DNA of 64,000 nucleotides from Pirellulales bacterium (GCA_016779265.1 JADHNY010000009.1:1517-65516); one strand, 5' to 3'. Numbered from the stretch's first letter, positions 29,126 to 40,125 are shown. Program-made: numbers and translations. Notes: generated by a model not told the origin, from the letters alone.

Positions 29126-30168
29126 AGCCCCTCTTTCCTGTCCGTGATCGGTTCCGCATCACGGCGGATCACTGCGGCCAAACAGCCCAGCAGTGCGGTG
29201 AGGGCCAGGCTGAGTTTCGTGACCTTCGAGACCACCGGGCGACGGGACAGAGTGTCATAGTCTGCCCGACGAATGGCTGCCGCCACAGCCCGCCCCCCCC
29301 CTGCAAACGCTCGGATCGCAGGCCGCAGCCCGCGAGGTGCTCGTTGCACGAGTGGCTCACCCGCGGTGAAACACTCCTCAGCCCAGGTCACCTCCTCGGC
29401 AAGGAGTCGTCGCATCGCGGGTGATGCGGTCGGCCGGTCGAGATCAGCTTCCGTCACCCCATGCCGCTGCATATCTTCCCGCGGCAGATAGATGCGACCG
29501 GCGGCTCGATCCCGCGTGATGTCCTGCCAGAAGTTGACGAGTTGCAATCCCGTACAGATGGCGTCGGACTCCTGTTGCCGCAGCGGATCCTGGCAGCCAG
29601 CCAGGGCCAACACGATCCTGCCGACGGGGTTCGCCGAGCGACGGCAGTAGTCACGGAGCTGGTCGCGAGTTTCGTAGCGAACCACCTCCTGATCCTGCAC
29701 AAAGGCATCAAGCAGGTCATGAAAGGGCTGACCGCTCAGCTGGTGGCGTTGCATCGTCTTCGCAAGGGCCACAAAGATCGGATGCTGCGGATCTCCCTGA
29801 CAGCAGGCGTCGAGTTCAGCCCTCCACGCATCAAGAGCCTCCGACGCCGCCCCAGGGCTCTCGGACTCATCAGCGAGATCGTCGCTCCAGCGGGCAAACG
29901 CATAGACATTGGCAAAATCTTGCCGCAGTGACCGAGGCACAAGCCAGCTGACCACTGAAAAGTTTTCGTAGTGGCCCGTGGCGATCTGCCGACAGAAGGC
30001 CTCCGCATCTGGCAGTGCCGTTGCGGCCGGAGCAGGCGGATATTCTGCAGGCATTGCTGCGGCATCGGCTGTTGGTGAAGCCGCAACACCGCCTGGCTTC
30101 GTGCCCTGCACGAGGGTCCAGGCAGCAGGGTCCCGCACCGTCGCCGACCGCGACGTCTTCCAGCCCAT
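29122..30168 (-). CDS. hpnC: squalene synthase HpnC (start uncertain, 30168 or about 30054)
   Basis: HYENFSVVSWL, YAFARWSDDLADE, YCRRSANPVGR, LQLVNFWQD; 4-nt overlap with hpnDE; upstream part of the 644-aa ORF is an ispH shadow. Confidence 0.9.
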   Translation of the reverse strand: MGWKTSRSATVRDPAAWTLVQGTKPGGVAASPTADAAAMPAEYPPAPAATALPDAEAFCRQIATGHYENFSVVSWLVPRSLRQDFANVYAFARWSDDLADESESPGAASEALDAWRAELDACCQGDPQHPIFVALAKTMQRHQLSGQPFHDLLDAFVQDQEVVRYETRDQLRDYCRRSANPVGRIVLALAGCQDPLRQQESDAICTGLQLVNFWQDITRDRAAGRIYLPREDMQRHGVTEADLDRPTASPAMRRLLAEEVTWAEECFTAGEPLVQRAPRGLRPAIRAFAGGGRAVAAAIRRADYDTLSRRPVVSKVTKLSLALTALLGCLAAVIRRDAEPITDRKEGL

Positions 30169-30336
30169 CAACCTGTCTCCTCCCGACGGCAGCCCAGAGA
30201 ATCGTCGGAACATCTGTTGGAAAACTGCCGCTGGGCCTACGATACCCGAGATTCCATGAACTCGCCCCCTCATACCCTCCCGGCCGCGTCGGCAGGTAGA
30301 GGAGGCGGTCAGCCGCCCCAAAACGAGACTGAAGCG

Positions 30337-31275
30337 ATGAAGATTCTGCTGGCAAGCCCACGAGGTTTTTGTGCCGGGGTAAACATGGCGATCGAGACCC
30401 TCGAGACCGCCATCCGGATCTACGGAACGCCGGTCTACGTCTATCACGAGATCGTGCACAACAAGCATGTGGTGGAGCGGTTCACCAGCGAAGGAGCTGT
30501 TTTCGTCAACACCGTCGAGGAGGTGCCCGAGGGTGCTGTGCTGCTGTTCTCCGCACACGGTGTGGCTCCTGAGGTTCGTCGCGTGGCCCAGGAGCGACAG
30601 CTGCGAGCGATCGATGCCACCTGTCCGCTGGTCACCAAGGTGCACCTCGAAGCGATCAAGTACGCCAAGGCAGGCTACCGGCTGATTCTGATTGGCCACG
30701 AAGGCCACGACGAGGTGATCGGCACCATGGGGCAGGCACCCGATTCCTTCACACTTGTAGAGAGCCCCGAGGAAGTTGATGCCCTCACGTTTGGGCCCGA
30801 CGACAAACTTGCTTACCTCACGCAGACCACGCTCTCCGTCGACGATGCATCCCGAATCATCCGGCGACTCAAAGAGAAGTTCCCCCAGATCGTGGGGCCG
30901 CCAAAAGACGACATCTGCTACGCCACCCAAAACCGTCAAGAAGCGGTCCGCGTGCTCTCTGACGAGGCCGATATCGTGCTGGTACTCGGCAGCCAAAACA
31001 GCTCCAACAGCCAGCGTCTGGCGGAACTCGGCCGTGAACATGACGTGCCCGCGCACCTCATCGATGGGGCCGACGAGATCACTCCAGAGTGGTTCACCGG
31101 AGACGAGACAGTCTTGATCACTGCCGGGGCGAGCGCCCCTGAACGCGTGGTACAGGACTGCATCGCGTGGCTGAAAAACCGCTACGATGCAACGGTTGAA
31201 GAGCGAACGCTCCGGGAGGAAGAGGTGTACTTCCCGTTACCGAAAGAGATTCGTCAAGCAGCCGGCCCCGCATAG
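30337..31275 (+). CDS. ispH: 4-hydroxy-3-methylbut-2-enyl diphosphate reductase
   Basis: PRGFCAGV, EIVHN, FSAHGV, DATCPLV, ICYATQNRQ, NSSNS, TAGASAP. Confidence 0.98.
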   Translation: MKILLASPRGFCAGVNMAIETLETAIRIYGTPVYVYHEIVHNKHVVERFTSEGAVFVNTVEEVPEGAVLLFSAHGVAPEVRRVAQERQLRAIDATCPLVTKVHLEAIKYAKAGYRLILIGHEGHDEVIGTMGQAPDSFTLVESPEEVDALTFGPDDKLAYLTQTTLSVDDASRIIRRLKEKFPQIVGPPKDDICYATQNRQEAVRVLSDEADIVLVLGSQNSSNSQRLAELGREHDVPAHLIDGADEITPEWFTGDETVLITAGASAPERVVQDCIAWLKNRYDATVEERTLREEEVYFPLPKEIRQAAGPA

Positions 31276-31294
31276 GGGAGGCGAGGTTTTCTGC

Positions 31295-34024
31295 ATGGAG
31301 ATGGAACTGCCCAAACTGCAGTCGGATATTGAACTGCTGTCGTCGGCATTGGATGACGTCATTCGTGATCTGGCCGGCGACGATGCTTTTGGTGAGCTCG
31401 TTACGATCCGTGAGATCGCGGCGGAGCGACGGCGTGGGGTTCCTGACGCCGAGCGTCGACTTGCCACCGCGATTGCCGACCTGGCGGAGCCTTCGGCCCG
31501 AAATGTGGCACGAGCGCTGGGAATCTTCTTCGACCTGGCCAACATCGCAGAAGACCTACAACGGATCCGAGTGCTGCGGGAGCGAGAGCAGGAGCGACAC
31601 CCTCAGCCGCTGTCGGAGTCGCTGGCAGGTGCTCTCCGCGAACTCCGACACGCCGGACACTCCGCCGAAGCGGTGCAGGAGGCAATCAATCGGCTCTCCA
31701 TCGAACTGGTGTTTACGGCACATCCCAGCGAGGCCAAGCGTCGCAGCATTCGTTCCAAACTCCGCCGCCTTCGCACCAACCTTGCTGACCTCGACCGTGA
31801 CAACCTGCTCCCGAGAGAGCGCGACCAGCTGCTGCGGGCGATCGCGTCAGAACTTCGCGTTCTCTGGCAGACCGAGTTTCTCAAGCCGGCCAAACCCTCG
31901 GTGGGGGATGAAGTCGATCGTGGGCTCTCAATTCTGCCGCGGCTACGCGAGGTCGTGCCGCAGGTCTGCCGAGCGATGCGGCTGGCATTGGCTGAGGAAT
32001 ACCCGGGCCACACCTTTAAGATCCCGACCATTCTCTCGTTCGGATCCTGGATGGGTGGCGACCGCGACGGCAACCCGTTTGTCACCGCCGAAGTCACGGC
32101 TGCAACGCTCTGCAAACTTCGAAATGCGGCCATCGACATTCACCTCGAGGAGTGCCAACGGCTCTCCGATTACCTGACCGTCTCGCTCACCTGCACCTCA
32201 GGAGCAGAGACCCTCGCGAGCGATCTCGACCGTCTGCAAGCAACCTGGCCAGGTCTCACCGAAGCGATTGGCTCAGTGCCCTCTTACGAGGCCTACCGAC
32301 GTTGGCTGCAGATGATTCGCTGGCGTCTGGAACAGTCGAGAACCGACTCGATCGACGACGAACCTAGGCCTGGTGGTTACAGCAGCGGCCAGGCACTGGA
32401 AGAGGATGTCCTGGCCATCTGCCGCAGTCTGGAGATCGACCATGACGCGAGCATTCTCGACGGCGATCCAGGACGGTGGCTCGACCTCGTCCGCACGTTT
32501 GGGCTGCGGGTGACGCGGCTCGACGTCCGGCAAGACTCGCGGCGATATGAAGAGATTGCCGCAGACATCCTCAAGGTGGCAGGCTGCTGCGACGAATTTG
32601 CGTCATGCTCGGAGGATCAGCGGCGACAGCTACTGATCGACACGCTGGGCTGCCTTCCAGAGCTTTCCGTCGAACGCCTGCAGCCGCTCACGCAAGACAC
32701 GCTGGCGCTCTACGACCTGCTTCGCCGAGCCGTGGAGCGGTTCGGGCCAGAATGCCTCGGTGGAAGCGTGATTAGTCTCACGCAGTCGCGGGTCGATGTA
32801 CTCACGGTGCTCTGGCTCTGGCGGCATGCCTGCCGTGGTGCCAGTGACGAGGTCACGTCATCGCTGCGGATCGTGCCGCTGTTTGAAAAGATCGGCGACC
32901 TGAGGCGTTCGGACACCACGGTCTCAGCCTTTCTGACTGAGCCAGCCTACGCTGCACACCTCAAAGCTCAGGGCAACCGCCAGGTGGTGATGGTTGGCTA
33001 TTCCGACAGCACCAAAGATGGTGGTTACCTCTCCGCCTGCTGGGGACTCTACGACGCCCAACGCCGGATTTCTGCCGCAGCCACAGCTCATCAGGTGCGG
33101 GTCACCTTCTTTCATGGCCGTGGCGGCTCGCTTGGTCGTGGTGGTGGCCCCGCAGCACGCGGCATTCTTTCGCTCCCTCCGGAGGCGCTCGACGGCACAC
33201 TTCGGCTGACAGAGCAGGGGGAGGTCTTGGCGGAGCGTTACGACGACGTGCAGATTGCGTTTCGTCATCTCGAGCAGGTCAGCTGGGCCACACTCGTTGG
33301 CTCCACGATTCATCCAGCCGCGCCTGCAGAGGCCTGGCTCGAACTCGCCGACCGGCTGGCCACACGCTCATTTGAGGTCTATCGCGAGCTTGTGGATCAG
33401 CCGGGCTTCATCACGTTTTTCTCGCAAGCAACCCCGATCGATGAGATCGAGAACCTGCCGATTGGCTCCCGACCAGCCCGTCGTCGGGGCGAGCGATCAC
33501 TCCAAGACCTGCGGGCCATTCCCTGGGTCTTCGCCTGGACCCAAAACCGCTGTCTGCTACCCGCCTGGTACGGGCTCGGCACAGCGATCCTCGATGTGAA
33601 GTATGCCGACCGCCAGGCCTGGGAGCGGCTCCGCGAGATGTATCGTGACTGGCCGTTCTTCACCGCCACCATCGACAACGCGGCGGTCGCCTTGGCCAAG
33701 GCCGACCCCGCGATCGGACAACGCTATGCCGAACTGATCGACGATGATGATGTGCGCCAGCGGCTCTGGCCACGGCTGGCTGCCGAATGCGATCGTTCTC
33801 GGCAGGCTGTTCTCGACATCGTGGGCAGCCGTGAACTCTTGGAAACAACTCCATGGCTCAAGCGTTCCATCGAAGCCCGTAATCCGTTGGTCGACCCCCT
33901 GAACCTGATCCAGGTGGAGTTTCTCCGTCGACGCGAGCTTGCTGGTGATGGCGACGGCAGCCTGCGAGAAATCCTCCGGCTCTCCGTGCAAGGTATTGCC
34001 TCAGGCATGCGGACGACCGGCTAA
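31295..34024 (+). CDS. ppc: phosphoenolpyruvate carboxylase
   Basis: VFTAHPSE, SWMGGDRDGNP, VMVGYSDSTKDGG, FHGRGGSLGRGGGP, LRAIPWVFAWTQ, C-terminal GMRTTG. Confidence 0.97.
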   Translation: MEMELPKLQSDIELLSSALDDVIRDLAGDDAFGELVTIREIAAERRRGVPDAERRLATAIADLAEPSARNVARALGIFFDLANIAEDLQRIRVLREREQERHPQPLSESLAGALRELRHAGHSAEAVQEAINRLSIELVFTAHPSEAKRRSIRSKLRRLRTNLADLDRDNLLPRERDQLLRAIASELRVLWQTEFLKPAKPSVGDEVDRGLSILPRLREVVPQVCRAMRLALAEEYPGHTFKIPTILSFGSWMGGDRDGNPFVTAEVTAATLCKLRNAAIDIHLEECQRLSDYLTVSLTCTSGAETLASDLDRLQATWPGLTEAIGSVPSYEAYRRWLQMIRWRLEQSRTDSIDDEPRPGGYSSGQALEEDVLAICRSLEIDHDASILDGDPGRWLDLVRTFGLRVTRLDVRQDSRRYEEIAADILKVAGCCDEFASCSEDQRRQLLIDTLGCLPELSVERLQPLTQDTLALYDLLRRAVERFGPECLGGSVISLTQSRVDVLTVLWLWRHACRGASDEVTSSLRIVPLFEKIGDLRRSDTTVSAFLTEPAYAAHLKAQGNRQVVMVGYSDSTKDGGYLSACWGLYDAQRRISAAATAHQVRVTFFHGRGGSLGRGGGPAARGILSLPPEALDGTLRLTEQGEVLAERYDDVQIAFRHLEQVSWATLVGSTIHPAAPAEAWLELADRLATRSFEVYRELVDQPGFITFFSQATPIDEIENLPIGSRPARRRGERSLQDLRAIPWVFAWTQNRCLLPAWYGLGTAILDVKYADRQAWERLREMYRDWPFFTATIDNAAVALAKADPAIGQRYAELIDDDDVRQRLWPRLAAECDRSRQAVLDIVGSRELLETTPWLKRSIEARNPLVDPLNLIQVEFLRRRELAGDGDGSLREILRLSVQGIASGMRTTG

Positions 34025-34071
34025 GACGTGGTTGGCCCAGGCAACGCTCCGCTCTCCCCACGAGGCTTCCA

Positions 34072-35421
34072 ATGGCATCTCACAGCCCCCTCGACCTGAC
34101 GATCCCGACGCTTGGGCCCTGCACAGTTCGCTCCCCGATGCAGCCATTGCTCGAGGGGCGGCACACGAGCCAACACTATGTCGGCGAGCATGACCGCGTG
34201 CTTTTTGACGACACCGCGTCGATGGTCACAGAACGCGGCACCGCTGTTGCCGATCTGCCCGGCTTCGAGCCGGCAGGCGCCCGCAAGCAGATCTACTTTG
34301 ATCCCTCCAAGACACGCGTTGGCATTGTCACCTGCGGTGGCCTCTGCCCTGGGCTCAATAACGTGATCCGCGGCTTGGTGATGGAGCTCTGGTTTCACTA
34401 CGGGGTAAAGAAGATCTACGGCTTCACCCAAGGATTTCGCGGGTTCATTGCCGAGCACGGTCACAGCGTCGTGGAGCTCACGCCAGAGTTTGTCTCCAAC
34501 ATCCATGACGATGGCGGCACCATCCTGGGCACATCGCGGGGCCGTCAGGAGTCTGATCAGATCGTCGACTGCCTGGAGCGAATGGGCATCTCGATCCTGT
34601 TTGTGATCGGCGGCGATGGCTCCCTCCGTGGCGCCATGAAGATCGCGACGATCGTTGCCGAACGCAACGAAAAGATCTCCGTGGTTGGGATCCCTAAGAC
34701 AATCGACAACGACATCCCCTACATCGATCAGAGCTTTGGCTTTCAGACCGCCTTCTCCGAGGCCGTTGAAGCGATTTCCTCGGCCCACGTGGAAGCAAAA
34801 GCAGCCCCGAACGGCGTAGGGCTGGTCAAGCTGATGGGCCGCCACTCCGGCTTCATTGCCTGCTATGCGGCACTCGCCCGCAACGATGCCAACTACGTAC
34901 TAATTCCCGAAGTGCCGTTTGCCATCGACGGCCCCGGTGGCTTTCTTGAGCACCTGCTAACGCGGGTAAAGACACGCGGGCATGCGGTGGTGGTGGTCGC
35001 GGAAGGAGCAGGGCAGGACGCCTTTGCGAGCGGACCTGAAAAGACCGATGCCTCGGGCAATGTGCTGCTCTCGGATATCGGCACGTTTCTCAAAGATCGG
35101 ATCAAGGCCCGCTTCCGCGAGGCCGAGTGCGAGCTGAACATGAAGTACATCGACCCGAGCTATCTGATTCGCAGCGTGCGGGCCAATGCGTTTGACTCGG
35201 TGTACTGCCTGCGGCTCGCCCACAACGCCGTGCACGCCGCCATGGCAGGCCGAACCGCAATGGTGATCGGCCGGTGGCACGGTCGTTTCGTGCACATTCC
35301 GATGCCGATGACGGTCAGCCGCCGCAATCAGGTCGACCCCAACGGTGATCTCTGGCTCTCAGTGCTCGAAGCCACGGGCCAGCCACGACGCTTTGTCACC
35401 CCACCGACTCCGCCGGCCTGA
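34072..35421 (+). CDS. pfkA: 6-phosphofructokinase, group X-like (probably ATP-dependent)
   Basis: TCGGLCPGLN, GGTILGTSRG, GGDGS, PKTIDND, MGRHSGFIA, YIDPSY. Confidence 0.92.
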   Translation: MASHSPLDLTIPTLGPCTVRSPMQPLLEGRHTSQHYVGEHDRVLFDDTASMVTERGTAVADLPGFEPAGARKQIYFDPSKTRVGIVTCGGLCPGLNNVIRGLVMELWFHYGVKKIYGFTQGFRGFIAEHGHSVVELTPEFVSNIHDDGGTILGTSRGRQESDQIVDCLERMGISILFVIGGDGSLRGAMKIATIVAERNEKISVVGIPKTIDNDIPYIDQSFGFQTAFSEAVEAISSAHVEAKAAPNGVGLVKLMGRHSGFIACYAALARNDANYVLIPEVPFAIDGPGGFLEHLLTRVKTRGHAVVVVAEGAGQDAFASGPEKTDASGNVLLSDIGTFLKDRIKARFREAECELNMKYIDPSYLIRSVRANAFDSVYCLRLAHNAVHAAMAGRTAMVIGRWHGRFVHIPMPMTVSRRNQVDPNGDLWLSVLEATGQPRRFVTPPTPPA

Positions 35422-35522
35422 CGACATCCTGCCCTCGCAGAAAGACAACATGCTGCGAGAGCCCCCGGATATAGAGAGCCTGGGCATGCAGAGACAACTC
35501 GAGCTCCGGCTTTCAGCCTCAC

Positions 35523-37196
35523 TCAGTGGGTCAGTTTCTTGTAGCGGAAGCGGTGCGGCTCATCCGCACCGATCCCGAGCCGCTCGCGGCGACTTCGCTC
35601 GTAGACGTCGAAGTTGCCCTCGCAGACATGGACATAGCCATCCCCTTCAAAGGCAATGATCGTCGTCGCCAGCCGGTCGAGGAACCAGCGGTCGTGGGTG
35701 ATCACCACCACGCTTCCGGGGAAGTGAGTGATGCCCTCCTCGAGGGAGCGGAGAGTGTCAACGTCGAGGTCGTTCGTCGGCTCGTCGAGCAGCAGCAGGT
35801 TGCAGCCCCGCCGAAGCAGTTTGGCCAGATGCACGCGGTTGCGTTCACCGCCTGAGAGCTTGCCAACCTTTTTCTGCTGGTCGGGACCCATAAACATGAA
35901 CTTGGCAACGTAGCTGCGAGCGTTCACCGTTCGCTTTCCAAGCTCGATTGTGTCGTGCCCGCCCGAGATCTCCTCGAAGACGGTCTTCTCTGGATCGAGT
36001 GCATCGCGGCTCTGATCGACATAGCCGACATCAACTGTCGAGCCCACCTTGATCTCGCCTGCATCAGGCTGCTCCTGGCCGACAAGCATTCGAAACAGCG
36101 TGGTCTTGCCAGCTCCATTCGGACCGATGATTCCCACAATGCCACCCGCGGGAATCCGGAACGAAAGGTTTTCAAACAGCAGTTTGTCGCCGTAGGCCTT
36201 GGAGAGTCCTTCGGCCTCAATCACCTGATCGCCGAGGGCACGGCTCGCTGGAATCATGATCTCCACGTCGGAATCACGCGTTGCGGCCTGCTCGGCTGCC
36301 AGTTTCTCATAGGCAGCCACGCGTGCCTTGCTCTTCGCCTGCCGCGCTTTCGGCGACATGCGAATCCACTCAAGTTCTTTGTCGAGCGTCTTCTGGCGGG
36401 CTGACGCTTGCTTCTCCTCAAGCTCAAGCCTGGCCTTCTTCTGCTGCAGCCAGGCGGTGTAGTTGCCTTCAAAGGGGATACCTCGGCCATGATCGACCTC
36501 GAGGATCCACTTCGCCACGTTGTCGAGGAAGTAACGATCGTGGGTCACCGCCACGACAGTCCCCTCGTAGTCGGCCAGATGCCGTTCGAGCCAGGCAACA
36601 CTCTCTGCGTCGAGGTGATTGGTCGGCTCGTCGAGCAGGAGGAGGTCTGGCTTTTCCAGCAGCAGCCGGCAGAGCGCCACGCGACGACGTTCCCCGCCAG
36701 AGAGGTTGGTCACCGGCCAGTCACCTGGAGGCAGGTTCATCGCCTCCATGGCGATCTCAAGCTGCCGCTCGAGATCCCATGCATTCTTGGCCTCGATCTC
36801 ATCCTGAACCGTCGCCTGCTCTTCGAGGAGCTTCTCCATCTCCTCGGGCTCCATCGGCTCCGCCAGTTTGGCGTTGATCTCCTCAAACCGCTTCAGCACT
36901 GCGCGGGTCGCCGCCACGGCTTCCATCACATTTTCCTGAACGGTCTTGTCGGGGTCGAGCTGAGGCTCCTGCTGCAGGTAGCCCACCGTGTAGCCCTCGG
37001 CCAGCCGAGCCTCACCCTCGTACTCCTTGTCGAGGCCGGCCATGATCTTCATCAACGTGCTCTTGCCGGCGCCGTTTCGCCCCAGCAGACCGATTTTGGC
37101 CCCAGGGTAGAAGGCGATATTGATGTCTTTGAGCAGTTCCCGCTGGCCAAACTTCTTGGTGAGGTGCGAGATCTGATAGATGAAGGCAGCGCCCAT
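35523..37196 (-). CDS. ettA: energy-dependent translational throttle ABC-F ATPase
   Basis: FYPGAKIG, two ABC cassettes ([26 protein letters not shown]), [19 protein letters not shown] linker. Confidence 0.95.
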   Translation of the reverse strand: MGAAFIYQISHLTKKFGQRELLKDINIAFYPGAKIGLLGRNGAGKSTLMKIMAGLDKEYEGEARLAEGYTVGYLQQEPQLDPDKTVQENVMEAVAATRAVLKRFEEINAKLAEPMEPEEMEKLLEEQATVQDEIEAKNAWDLERQLEIAMEAMNLPPGDWPVTNLSGGERRRVALCRLLLEKPDLLLLDEPTNHLDAESVAWLERHLADYEGTVVAVTHDRYFLDNVAKWILEVDHGRGIPFEGNYTAWLQQKKARLELEEKQASARQKTLDKELEWIRMSPKARQAKSKARVAAYEKLAAEQAATRDSDVEIMIPASRALGDQVIEAEGLSKAYGDKLLFENLSFRIPAGGIVGIIGPNGAGKTTLFRMLVGQEQPDAGEIKVGSTVDVGYVDQSRDALDPEKTVFEEISGGHDTIELGKRTVNARSYVAKFMFMGPDQQKKVGKLSGGERNRVHLAKLLRRGCNLLLLDEPTNDLDVDTLRSLEEGITHFPGSVVVITHDRWFLDRLATTIIAFEGDGYVHVCEGNFDVYERSRRERLGIGADEPHRFRYKKLTH

Positions 37197-37428
37197 AGAT
37201 GCAGGTATCCGTCCAAGCGTTTCGTGAGGAGGGTGTGGAAAGGCGGGGTCGCACGGGAGCCATGCGAGCGATCTTTGTCGCGCGAGACCGAAGTCGGCAC
37301 GAGACCCGCATCCTAGCGAAGTCGGGCTCTGTCAGCGAGGCTCGGCCCTGACGGCGGCTCGTTGCAGGTGGGCAGCCCTTTCACTACGATGCCGGACGTG
37401 CTGGCGTTAGAACCCGAGGGAGGACGCA

Positions 37429-38337
37429 ATGGCGTCGTACGCAAACGAGGACGTGCTGGTGTCGACCGAATGGGTGGCCAATGTGGCTGCCAATCCGGAG
37501 GCTCACCCAAACGTGCGGATCGTCGAATCTGACGAGGATCGGGCACTCTACACGCAGGGCCACGTCCCTGGAGCGGTCGAAATCGACTGGCAGGTCGATC
37601 TGCAGGACGCCACCTGGCGTGACTACATCGATCGGGCCGCCTTCGAGGATCTCTGTCGACGCAAAGGGATCTCCAACGACACCACCGTCGTGTTCTACGG
37701 CGACAAGAGCAACTGGTGGGCCTGCTACGCCTTCTGGACGTTCAAGCTCTACGGTCATGCCGACTGCCGGATCATGAACGGCGGACGAAAAAAGTGGGCT
37801 CTCGACGGGCGTCCGTGGTCCACAGACCGTGTTGATCCAGCCCCAGGCACCTACACCGCCAGCGAACAGGACATGTCGATCCGCGCCCTGCGAGACGAGG
37901 TGCTCAAGCATCAAAAGGCGGGCAAACCGCTGGTCGATGTGCGAAGTCCGGAGGAATACACCGGTGCCAGGCTGCACATGCCCGACTACCCAAACGAGGG
38001 CTCCCTTCGCGGCGGACATATTCCTGGTGCCATCAGCATCCCATGGCCCTTGTCGGTCAACGAAGACGGTACCTTCAAGTCTGCGAAGGAGCTCGAGAAG
38101 CTCTACGTCAAGGACGCCAAACTTCGTCGTCGTTCAGCCACCGTGGCCTATTGCCGCATCGGCGAGCGATCGAGCCTGACCTGGTTTGTGCTGACGTATC
38201 TGCTCGGCTTCTCCAACGTGAAGAACTACGACGGGTCTTGGCTGGAGTGGGGCAATGCGGTTCGCATGCCTATAGTCCAAGGCCCCACACCAGACGGCAG
38301 TGCGGCTCCTGCCTCTCCGGACACGCCGACGGCATAG
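37429..38337 (+). CDS. two-domain rhodanese / thiosulfate sulfurtransferase (SseA/CysA type)
   Basis: LVSTEWV, GHVPGA, GGHIPGA, active-site [17 protein letters not shown]. Confidence 0.93.
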   Translation: MASYANEDVLVSTEWVANVAANPEAHPNVRIVESDEDRALYTQGHVPGAVEIDWQVDLQDATWRDYIDRAAFEDLCRRKGISNDTTVVFYGDKSNWWACYAFWTFKLYGHADCRIMNGGRKKWALDGRPWSTDRVDPAPGTYTASEQDMSIRALRDEVLKHQKAGKPLVDVRSPEEYTGARLHMPDYPNEGSLRGGHIPGAISIPWPLSVNEDGTFKSAKELEKLYVKDAKLRRRSATVAYCRIGERSSLTWFVLTYLLGFSNVKNYDGSWLEWGNAVRMPIVQGPTPDGSAAPASPDTPTA

Positions 38338-38371
38338 GGGCATAGGTCACAGCAGGGCGTAGGTCACAGCA
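38338..38371. repeat. 17-bp tandem duplication
   Basis: gggcataggtcacagca / gggcgtaggtcacagca. Confidence 0.8.
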
Positions 38372-38390
38372 GTCTCGTGAGCATAGTTCG

Positions 38391-38840
38391 ATGAGTACCG
38401 TTGCCGAACGACTCGACGAGGTCGTGGAAGACTTTGTCGACCTCGATGGTCGCGAGAAACTTGAGATGCTCTTGGAGTATGCGGCCACGCTCCCGCCACT
38501 CCCGCCCGGCCAGAAAGGCCTGGATGAAAACCGGGTGCACGAGTGCCAGTCGCCCGTGTTTATCCGTGTTGAGCTGAAGCCAACGTCTGATGGGCACGCA
38601 GGCGTCCACCTGCAGGCTGAGGTAGCCGAGGAAGCACCGACAGTCAAAGGCTTCGTGGCCATGCTCGCGAAAGCCTTCACGGGCAGGCCGACCGACGAGG
38701 TGCTGGCCGTCGACGACACCCTGCTCGACAGGCTGGGCCTTGCCGACGTGCTCGGCATGCTCCGGACTCGCGGCCTACGGGCCATCATCGAGTACGTGAA
38801 GCGGGGCGTCGTACGCAGCCTGGCAGACTCAGCTTCTTAG
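38391..38840 (+). CDS. sufE: SufE-family sulfur acceptor protein
   Basis: LLEYAATLPPL, RVHECQSPVF, APTVKGF, RLGL...LRTRG. Confidence 0.88.
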   Translation: MSTVAERLDEVVEDFVDLDGREKLEMLLEYAATLPPLPPGQKGLDENRVHECQSPVFIRVELKPTSDGHAGVHLQAEVAEEAPTVKGFVAMLAKAFTGRPTDEVLAVDDTLLDRLGLADVLGMLRTRGLRAIIEYVKRGVVRSLADSAS

Positions 38841-38852
38841 AGCCGTTTCACC

Positions 38853-38881
38853 GTCTGACAGCCGACTGTCTGACAGCCGAC
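38853..38881. repeat. 15-bp-period tandem duplication
   Basis: gtctgacagccgac-t-gtctgacagccgac. Confidence 0.8.
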
Positions 38882-39030
38882 CGACCTGGCACCGACCAAC
38901 AGCCCTCAGCGGCGGCCACAAACGCACCCGCAACGTTTCCGAGGATGCACTCGGAGTGATACCTGCTCGCAACCGAGACGATCAACGCCCGTTGTTTTTC
39001 GAGGCCAGCACTGTTTATCGAGGCCAGCAC

Positions 39031-40125
39031 TCAATCGAGAATGGGCAGGAGCGGCTCCGACACAGGCTGCGGACGGACTGGCTGCGGCGGGGCAGTAGGC
39101 ACGCCACCGTCGTTCGATCCAAAGACCATCAGCCGCGCGGTGGCCAGCATGCCCCGCAGCGAGCCGAGCGATGCCTCGACGGCGGCCGGCTCGTAGCCGC
39201 AGTGCACCATGCAATCGGCACACTTGGGATTCCCACTGGCACGGCCATACGCATCCCAGTCAGTCTCTTCCATCAGTTCGCGGAAGGACGACACATACCC
39301 CTCGTCGAGCAGATAGCAGGGCTTCTGCCAGCCGAAGAGGTTGTAGGTTGGCGTGCCCCAAGGCAGGCACTCTAGGTCCCAGGCACCCTTGAGAAACTCA
39401 AGGAACACCGGCGACTGATTAAACTTCCAGCTTCGCTTGGCCTTTCCCAGGATGCGGCGAAACAGACTCTCGGCATCATCACGGGCCAGAAAATGCTCCT
39501 GGTCCGGAGCCTTCGCATAGGAGTAGCCCGGCGAAACCATCATTCCTTCGACACCGAGGGCCATCACCTGATCGAAGAAGCTGCGGTACTTCTCGGGCGG
39601 AGCATCGGCAAACAGGGTGGAGTTCGTGGTCACCCGGAAGCCCGCCTCGCGAGCAGCTCGAATCGCAGAAACCGCCATCTCATAGACGCCCTCACGGCAG
39701 ACAGCCGCATCGTGAATCTCACGTGGACCATCGAGATGCACAGAAAAGGCGAGATACTTTGAAGGCTGAAAGCGATCGAGCATCTCCTCGAGCTTCAAGG
39801 CGTTGGTGCAGAGATAGAGATATCGCTTGCGAGCCACGATGCCCTTAACAATGTCCACAATCTGAGGATGCAGCAGTGGCTCACCTCCGGGGATCGAAAC
39901 GACCGGCGCGCCGCACTCGTCCACGGCTCCCAGGCAATCGTCCACCGAGAGGTGCCGTCGCAGGATATCGTTGGGGTGCTGAATCTTTCCGCATCCCGCG
40001 CAGGCGAGGTTGCAGCGAAACAGAGGCTCCAGCATCAGCACGAGCGGATACCGTTTATTCCCTGCCAGCTTCTGCGAGAACACATGCCGCAGCACAGCGG
40101 CCATCTGGCCGAACGGAACTCCCAT
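39031..40125 (-). CDS. hpnH: adenosylhopane synthase (radical SAM)
   Basis: LMLEPLFRCNLACAGCGKIQ, GGEPLLH, WQKPCYLL, CADCMVHCGYE; 1-nt overlap with shc. Confidence 0.95.
   Translation of the reverse strand: MGVPFGQMAAVLRHVFSQKLAGNKRYPLVLMLEPLFRCNLACAGCGKIQHPNDILRRHLSVDDCLGAVDECGAPVVSIPGGEPLLHPQIVDIVKGIVARKRYLYLCTNALKLEEMLDRFQPSKYLAFSVHLDGPREIHDAAVCREGVYEMAVSAIRAAREAGFRVTTNSTLFADAPPEKYRSFFDQVMALGVEGMMVSPGYSYAKAPDQEHFLARDDAESLFRRILGKAKRSWKFNQSPVFLEFLKGAWDLECLPWGTPTYNLFGWQKPCYLLDEGYVSSFRELMEETDWDAYGRASGNPKCADCMVHCGYEPAAVEASLGSLRGMLATARLMVFGSNDGGVPTAPPQPVRPQPVSEPLLPILD

Noticed and set aside
26690-30168. Carotenoid genes (crtB/crtI)
   Set aside because: HYENF (HpnC) and HpnE-specific motifs, plus nearby shc/hpnH, fit squalene synthesis better, although squalene could also feed C30 carotenoids.
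30169-31056. Apparent long N-terminal extension of HpnC (644-aa ORF)
   Set aside because: It is the antisense frame of ispH; HpnC similarity begins only near 30000.
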